DNA from: Oscillospiraceae bacterium
Lineage (GTDB): Bacteria > Bacillota > Clostridia > Oscillospirales > Oscillospiraceae
Direction: 5' to 3'
DNA: 64,000 nt
Assembly (NCBI GenBank): GCA_051886995.1
Contig: JBJEYS010000173.1
Coordinates: 1,508 to 65,507 of the forward strand
Below are positions 59,015-64,000 of the stretch, one piece after another; the first letter of the stretch is position 1, and the number at the start of each line of letters is the position of its first letter. The position numbers and the translations under genes were made by a program. The notes beneath the pieces were generated by a model that made no database searches, was not told where the DNA came from, and saw only the letters and a list, made by a program, of their open reading frames with translations.

Positions 59015-60412
59015 ATGTCCCAAACATATGACGTGATCATCATCGGCGCGGGGGAGGCCGGCGTCTTTGCCGGCTACGAGCTGGCCCGGCTGCGTCCGGA
59101 ACTGAAGGTGCTTATCCTGGAGCAGGGTGCCGATATCTTTACCCGCACCTGCCCCATCGTGGCGGGCAAGGTGGCCGAGTGTATCCAGTGCGCGGTGTGC
59201 GGAACCATGTGCGGCTTCGGCGGCGCCGGCGCGTTTTCCGACGGCAAGTTTAACTTTACCACCGCCTTCGGCGGCTGGCTGACCGATTTCATGGGCCCCA
59301 GGGAGGTCATGGAGCTGATCGAGTATGTGGACTCCATCAACGTGGCCAACGGAGCCACGGAGAAGGTCTACTCCACCGACTCCCCGGCGGCCCGGGAGCT
59401 GGAAAAGCGCGCCCTGGAGCACGACCTGCACCTGCTGCAGGCCCGCTGCAAGCATCTGGGCACCGAGAACAACCTGCGCATCCTCCAGAATATCTATACG
59501 GATATGAAGGACCAGGTGGAATTCCGCTTCCACGCCGCCGTGGAGGACATCGCCGTGGAGGCCGACCACACCTACCGGGTGGTCACGAAGAAGGGGGAGG
59601 AGTTCACCGCCCCCTGGCTGATCGCCGCCCCCGGCCGCTCCGGCGCGGAGTGGTTCTCCGAGCGGTGCAAGGCCCTGGGCCTGAAGCTCATCAACAACCA
59701 GGTGGACATCGGTGTGCGGGTGGAGCTGCCCGCCGTGGTCTTCGAGCACATCACCGACGTGGTGTACGAGTCCAAGCTGGTCTACCGCACCAAGCAGTAC
59801 GGCGACCAGGTGCGCACCTTCTGCATGAACCCCTACGGCCATGTGGTGGCGGAGAACGTGGAGGGTATCAACACCGTCAACGGCCACTCCTACGCCGACC
59901 CCGCCCTCCAGAGTGAGAACACCAACTTCGCCCTGCTGGTGTCCAATCGCTTTACCCAGCCCTTTGACCAGCCCTACCGCTACGGCAAGCACATCGCCTC
60001 CCTGTCCAATATGCTGGCGGGCGGCGTGCTGGTGCAGCGCTTCGGCGACCTGGTCAAGGGCGTGCGCACCAACGAGCACCGGATGAGCAAGTCCTTCACC
60101 CGGCCCACCCTGACTGCCGCCGTTCCCGGCGACCTGTCCCTGGCCCTGCCCAAGCGGCAGCTGGACGACATCATCGAGATGATCTACGCCCTGGACAAGA
60201 TCGCCCCCGGCACCGCCAACTATGACACCCTGCTCTACGGCGCGGAGGTCAAGTTCTACTCCTCCCGGCTGGATCTGTCCGGCGAGCTGGAGACCGCCCT
60301 GCCCGGCTTCTTTGCCATCGGCGACGGCGCGGGCATCACCCGCGGCTTAGCCCAGGCAGGTGCGTCGGGTATCAAGGTCGCACGGGTGATTGCGGGCCGA
60401 CTGGACGGCTGA
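59015..60412 (+). CDS. FAD-dependent protein (COG2509-like uncharacterised dehydrogenase)
   Basis: ATG 59015 (MSQTYDVIIIGAGEAGVFAG dinucleotide-binding motif). Cys cluster CPIVAGKVAECIQCAVCGTMCGFGGAG. Confidence 0.7.
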   Translation: MSQTYDVIIIGAGEAGVFAGYELARLRPELKVLILEQGADIFTRTCPIVAGKVAECIQCAVCGTMCGFGGAGAFSDGKFNFTTAFGGWLTDFMGPREVMELIEYVDSINVANGATEKVYSTDSPAARELEKRALEHDLHLLQARCKHLGTENNLRILQNIYTDMKDQVEFRFHAAVEDIAVEADHTYRVVTKKGEEFTAPWLIAAPGRSGAEWFSERCKALGLKLINNQVDIGVRVELPAVVFEHITDVVYESKLVYRTKQYGDQVRTFCMNPYGHVVAENVEGINTVNGHSYADPALQSENTNFALLVSNRFTQPFDQPYRYGKHIASLSNMLAGGVLVQRFGDLVKGVRTNEHRMSKSFTRPTLTAAVPGDLSLALPKRQLDDIIEMIYALDKIAPGTANYDTLLYGAEVKFYSSRLDLSGELETALPGFFAIGDGAGITRGLAQAGASGIKVARVIAGRLDG

Positions 60413-60507
60413 GCGCACCGCATAATTTTTTTTGACATCCGATATGCATGGATGCAAGGATTATTTTCAAGACAGGAAATATTTGGTAAAACACCATTTA
60501 CCAAGGC

Positions 60508-60563
60508 TTTTCCACATTGTCCACAGGGTTTTCCACACGAGGATTTCCCCCGCGGTGGAAAAA
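60508..60563. promoter_or_regulatory. Cluster of four DnaA-box-like 9-mers upstream of mnmE
   Basis: TTTTCCACA (60508-60516), TTGTCCACA (60517-60525), TTTTCCACA (60529-60537) on the plus strand; TTTTCCACC (60555-60563) on the minus strand. Consensus is TT(A/T)TCCACA. Confidence 0.55.
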
Positions 60564-60643
60564 GATATTCACAATAAGTTGACATAAAACCTTGTCAAGC
60601 ATCTTTTTTTCGACGATTTTTACAAACTTTACGAGGTGAACCC

Positions 60644-62011
60644 ATGACGGACACCATTGCGGCGGCGGCCACGCCGCCTGTCCCCAGCGCCATTGGAATT
60701 CTGCGGCTTTCCGGCCCCCGCTCCCGGGAGATCGCCGCCGCCGTTTTTCAACCGGCGGCGGGGGGAACCCTTGCCGACCAGCCGGCCCGCCGGCTGGTGT
60801 ACGGCACGCTGCTGGACAAAAACGGGGCCCCCATCGACCAGGTGCTGGCCACCTGGTCGCCGGGGCCCCACAGCTATACCGGGGAGGACACCGCCGAGCT
60901 GCAGTGCCACGGCTCGCCCGCTGTGCTGGCCCTGGGGCTGGAGGCCCTGTTCGCCCACGGGGCCCGGCAGGCGCTGCCCGGGGAGTTCACCCGCCGGGCC
61001 TTTCTCAACGGCAGGATGGACCTGGCCCAGGCGGAGGCGGTCATCGACCTGATCGACGCCGAGAGCGCCGAGGGGGCCCGCAACGCCTACGGGCAGCTGA
61101 CCGGGGCCCTGTCCCGCCGGGTGGACGCCATTTACGACGGCCTGACCGATGTGCTGGCCCACTTCCACGCGGTTCTGGACTATCCGGATGAGGATATCGA
61201 CCCCTTCACCGCGGACACCATCCGCGCCGCCCTGACCGAGGCTCTTTCCCGGCTGGACGCCCTGCTGGCCACCTACGACCGGGGCAGCCTGCTCGCCGAG
61301 GGGGTGCCCTGTGCCATCGTGGGGCGGCCCAACGTGGGAAAGTCTTCTCTGCTGAATGCCCTGCTGGGCTACGACCGGGCCATTGTGACCAGTATTCCCG
61401 GCACCACCCGGGACACCCTGGAGGAGCGCCTGCGCCTGGGGGGCGTACTGCTGCGCCTGGTGGACACCGCCGGCCTGCGGCGCTCCGACGATCCGGTGGA
61501 GCGCCTGGGGGTGGACCGCAGCCGCTCCGCTCTGGAGCGTGCCCGCCTGGCCCTGCTGGTGCTGGACGGCGGACAGCCCCTGACGGCGGAGGACGAGGAG
61601 GCCATCGCCGCCGCTCAGGCCGCCCCCAACCTGATCTGCGTGGTCAACAAGTCCGACCTGGCCCCCGCCCTGGATGCGGAGGCCCTGCGTGAGCGGTTTC
61701 CCAAGCTCTGCGTGGTGTCCGCCGCCACCGGGGACGGCCTGGAGGAACTGGAACAGACCATCTCCGCCTGCTTTCCCGCCGGGACGGACGAGGCGGGCAG
61801 CCTGCTGACCAACGCACGGCAGGCCGAGGCCGCGTCCCGGGCCCGGGCAGGCGTCCTTTCCGCCCTGGAGGGACTGAACAGCGGCGTGACCCCCGACGCC
61901 CTGCTGACCGACGCGGAGGAGGCCATGGCCGCCCTGGGCGAGCTGACCGGCCGCAGCGTGCGGGAGGACATCACCGACCGCATTTTCTCCCGCTTCTGCG
62001 TGGGGAAATAA
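60644..62011 (+). CDS. mnmE: tRNA modification GTPase MnmE
   Basis: 455 aa. MTDTIAAAATPPVPSAIGILRLSG..., G1 GRPNVGKSSLLN, C-terminal FCVGK. Confidence 0.95.
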   Translation: MTDTIAAAATPPVPSAIGILRLSGPRSREIAAAVFQPAAGGTLADQPARRLVYGTLLDKNGAPIDQVLATWSPGPHSYTGEDTAELQCHGSPAVLALGLEALFAHGARQALPGEFTRRAFLNGRMDLAQAEAVIDLIDAESAEGARNAYGQLTGALSRRVDAIYDGLTDVLAHFHAVLDYPDEDIDPFTADTIRAALTEALSRLDALLATYDRGSLLAEGVPCAIVGRPNVGKSSLLNALLGYDRAIVTSIPGTTRDTLEERLRLGGVLLRLVDTAGLRRSDDPVERLGVDRSRSALERARLALLVLDGGQPLTAEDEEAIAAAQAAPNLICVVNKSDLAPALDAEALRERFPKLCVVSAATGDGLEELEQTISACFPAGTDEAGSLLTNARQAEAASRARAGVLSALEGLNSGVTPDALLTDAEEAMAALGELTGRSVREDITDRIFSRFCVGK

Positions 62012-62028
62012 ACCTGAAAAAGTTTTTG

Positions 62029-62058
62029 ACCGTCCCCTTGACAAGGGGACGGTTTTGT
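62029..62058 (+). terminator. Intrinsic terminator after mnmE
   Basis: ACCGTCCCCTT-gac-AAGGGGACGGT followed by TTTGTG. Confidence 0.7.
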
Positions 62059-62063
62059 GTTAA

Positions 62064-62090
62064 TACTGTATATGCTGAATATATACAGTA
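62064..62090. promoter_or_regulatory. 10-bp perfect inverted repeat; candidate operator of the GntR(YtrA) regulator
   Basis: TACTGTATAT-gctgaat-ATATACAGTA, 16 nt upstream of the GntR ATG. Confidence 0.55.
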
Positions 62091-62105
62091 AAACAGAGGT
62101 GCACC

Positions 62106-62480
62106 ATGGAACTCATCATTCGAAACGCGGGAGATGTGCCCATTTACGAGCAGATCACCCGCCAGATCAAAGCGCACATTCTCCAGGGGGAGCTGAAGGA
62201 AGGGGACGCCCTGCCTTCCATGCGCCTGCTGGCCAAGGACCTGCGCATTTCCGTCATCACCACCAAGCGGGCCTATGAGGAACTGGAGCGGGACGGCTTT
62301 ATCACCACCGTGCCCGGCAAGGGCTGCTTTGTGGCCCCGCAGGATCCCGGTCTGGCCCGGGAGGACGCCATGCGCCGCATGGAGGAAAAGCTCTCCGAGG
62401 CCGTGACCATCGGCAAGGTGGCCGGCCTGACCCTGGCGGAGATGGCGGAAGCGTTGGAGATTCTATACAATGGGGAGTAA
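62106..62480 (+). CDS. GntR-family transcriptional regulator, YtrA subfamily
   Basis: 124 aa. PIYEQITRQIKAHILQGELKEGDALPSMRLLAKDLRISVITTKRAYEELERDGF. Confidence 0.9.
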   Translation: MELIIRNAGDVPIYEQITRQIKAHILQGELKEGDALPSMRLLAKDLRISVITTKRAYEELERDGFITTVPGKGCFVAPQDPGLAREDAMRRMEEKLSEAVTIGKVAGLTLAEMAEALEILYNGE

Positions 62481-62487
62481 GTAAGAA

Positions 62488-63342
62488 ATGAATTACGCCA
62501 TTGAAATCAAAAATCTGACCAAACGGTTTACCGGGTTTACCCTGGAGGACGTCAGTCTGACCGTCCCCGGAGGCTCCATCATGGGCCTGATCGGGGAAAA
62601 CGGCGCGGGTAAGTCCACCACCATTAAATGTCTGCTGGGCCTGCTGCGGCCGGATTCCGGCTCTATTTCCGTGCTGGGCGGAAGCCCGTCTGACCCGGCG
62701 GTGCGGGAGTGGATCGGCGTGGTGCTGGACGAGTGCCCCTTCCACGGCGGCCTGACGGCGCAGCAGGTGGGGAAGATCATGGCCCGGGAATATAAGGCCT
62801 GGCATCCGGAGCTGTACGAGGACTACCTGAAAAAATTTGATCTGCCCCGAAACCTCTTTATTAAGGAATTTTCCAAGGGTATGAAGATGAAGCTGTCCAT
62901 CGCGGCGGCGCTGGCCCACCACCCCAGGCTGCTGATCCTGGACGAGCCGACCAGCGGGCTGGATCCCGTGGTGCGCAGCGAGCTTCTGGACGAGTTTCTG
63001 GCGTTCATCAAGGACGAGGAGCATTCCATCCTCCTGTCCAGCCACATCACCAGTGACCTGGAGCACGCAGCCGACTACATCACCTACCTCCACAAGGGAA
63101 AAGTGACCCTGGCGGGGGAGAAGGACGCGCTCCTGGAGGAGCACGGCCGGTTGGTATGCACTTCGGCGGAGCTGGAGCGGGTGGACAAAGCCTGTCTGGT
63201 GGGCGTGCGGGAGGGCCACTTCGGCTGCGAGGCGCTGATCCGGAACAAAGCGGATTTCCAGCGCCGTTACCCGGATCTGGCCGTGGACCCGGTCACGCTG
63301 GAGGAGATCATGGTCTTTTCCGTCAGGGGGGATGAACAATGA
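62488..63342 (+). CDS. ABC transporter ATP-binding protein (ABC-2 type)
   Basis: 284 aa. Walker A GENGAGKST, signature FSKGMKMK, Walker B LLILDEPTSGLD. Confidence 0.9.
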   Translation: MNYAIEIKNLTKRFTGFTLEDVSLTVPGGSIMGLIGENGAGKSTTIKCLLGLLRPDSGSISVLGGSPSDPAVREWIGVVLDECPFHGGLTAQQVGKIMAREYKAWHPELYEDYLKKFDLPRNLFIKEFSKGMKMKLSIAAALAHHPRLLILDEPTSGLDPVVRSELLDEFLAFIKDEEHSILLSSHITSDLEHAADYITYLHKGKVTLAGEKDALLEEHGRLVCTSAELERVDKACLVGVREGHFGCEALIRNKADFQRRYPDLAVDPVTLEEIMVFSVRGDEQ

Positions 63343-63986
63343 ACGGACTGCTTTTAAAAGAACTGCTGATCCTCAAAAGAGGATGGAAGCCCTATGCTTT
63401 TCTGATCGCCTTTTACACCGTTTTTTCCTTCATGGACGATCCCACGTTCTTTTCCGGCATGATGGCTCTCATTCTGCTGATGCTCCCCATGTCTTCCTTC
63501 TCCGCCGACGAGCTGGCCCGGTGGGATGGGTTTGCCGCTGCTCTGCCGGGAGGGAGAAGGGCGGTGGTCAGGGCAAAGTATCAGTTTCTGTTCCTCGCGT
63601 TCGGAGGGGCTTTTGTGCTCTCCTGTCTGATCAATCTGGTCATCTCCTTTGCCGTGCGGGAGGAAAACGGGACTTTTCCGGAGCTGGTGGTTGCCGCCCT
63701 GGCCTGTACGGCGGTGTGTCTGCTGATCGACTGTATCTTCTACCCGCTTTTATTCCGGTATGGCTCCCAGAAAAGCAGGATCCTGCTGGCTGTTGTGTTT
63801 GCGGCCGTTTTTGCCGTATTTGGAATGGGTGCGGTGATCTTCTCCTTCAACGGCGGCTCGCCCCTGGATCTGCTGACCGGAGTTTCTCCGTTCGCGGCGG
63901 CGGCAGGGGCCGTGGTTCTGATCGCTGCCGCGGTCGTGATTTCCTACCGCGTCTCCTGCCGGATCTATGAGAAAAAAGAATTTTGA
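63339..63986 (+). CDS. ABC-2 family transporter permease
   Basis: 215 aa. ATGA overlap with the ATPase gene; 6 hydrophobic segments. A further ORF appears to start at ATG 63989 (MKKP...) and is cut by the window edge. Confidence 0.75.
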   Translation: MNGLLLKELLILKRGWKPYAFLIAFYTVFSFMDDPTFFSGMMALILLMLPMSSFSADELARWDGFAAALPGGRRAVVRAKYQFLFLAFGGAFVLSCLINLVISFAVREENGTFPELVVAALACTAVCLLIDCIFYPLLFRYGSQKSRILLAVVFAAVFAVFGMGAVIFSFNGGSPLDLLTGVSPFAAAAGAVVLIAAAVVISYRVSCRIYEKKEF

Positions 63987-64000
63987 GGATGAAAAAACCG

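Noticed and set aside
59015-60412. Calling the FAD protein next to glpK a glycerol-3-phosphate dehydrogenase (GlpA/GlpD)
   Set aside because: The N-terminus and the CPIVAGK...CIQCAVCGTMCGFGG cysteine cluster match the uncharacterised COG2509-type FAD proteins as I recall them, not GlpA or GlpD. Adjacency alone is insufficient.
60256-60585. 109-aa minus-strand ORF covering the DnaA-box region
   Set aside because: It runs from the intergenic region into the 3' end of the FAD-protein gene in antisense. No RBS is present. The region is better explained as regulatory DNA.
60413-60643. Calling this region the chromosomal origin (oriC)
   Set aside because: Only four boxes are present. I could not define a clear AT-rich unwinding element, and dnaA, dnaN and rpmH are not in the window. 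I treated it as a DnaA-box cluster pending genome context.

Overview
GC-rich chromosomal segment with a Firmicutes/Clostridia-like organisation (GGAGG ribosome-binding sites, lipobox lipoproteins, S10-spc-alpha gene order including the KOW protein between map and infA). All calls come from reading the sequence and recalling conserved motifs; no searches were run.

Layout:
- (1) 1-9.7 kb: a minus-strand catabolic operon of hydantoinase A and B, an M29/NicX-like protein, an MFS transporter, and a molybdopterin oxidoreductase. The oxidoreductase reads without any stop into a 2x[4Fe-4S] plus [FeFe]-hydrogenase H-domain and runs off the left edge. Two TTTGTCG-N6-CGACAAA palindromes sit at the operon promoter.
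- (2) 9.9-16.4 kb: two tandem paralogous lipoproteins and a distant LysM-anchored paralog, next to an OmpR-type two-component system.
- (3) 16.5-21.8 kb: LysR regulator, MATE transporter, D-lyxose-isomerase-like protein, PfkB kinase, second LysR regulator.
- (4) 22-34 kb: a hydrolase-rich locus with an alpha/beta hydrolase, an esterase-RCC1 beta-propeller fusion, a 5-gene Opp/Dpp-type ABC importer, a PhlG/phloretin-hydrolase-like protein and another esterase.
- (5) 34-37.8 kb: small redox/detox genes, then a low-GC scar holding an IS-transposase remnant and a truncated polysaccharide deacetylase gene.
- (6) 37.9-54.4 kb: the complete S10-spc-alpha ribosomal superoperon (rpsJ to rplQ, with secY, adk, map, infA, rpmJ, rpoA). 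It contains several unusually long structured spacers, a 27-bp in-frame duplication in rplC, and C-terminal extensions.
- (7) 54.4-64 kb: an ECF sigma factor fused to a transmembrane segment and a duplicated ectodomain, a membrane protein, glpK, an FAD protein, a DnaA-box cluster upstream of mnmE, and a GntR(YtrA)-ABC-2 module.

No rRNA, tRNA or CRISPR array was seen. The many long ORFs antisense to these genes are GC-driven artefacts.

The most interesting candidate is the Mo-enzyme::hydrogenase fusion and its operon.
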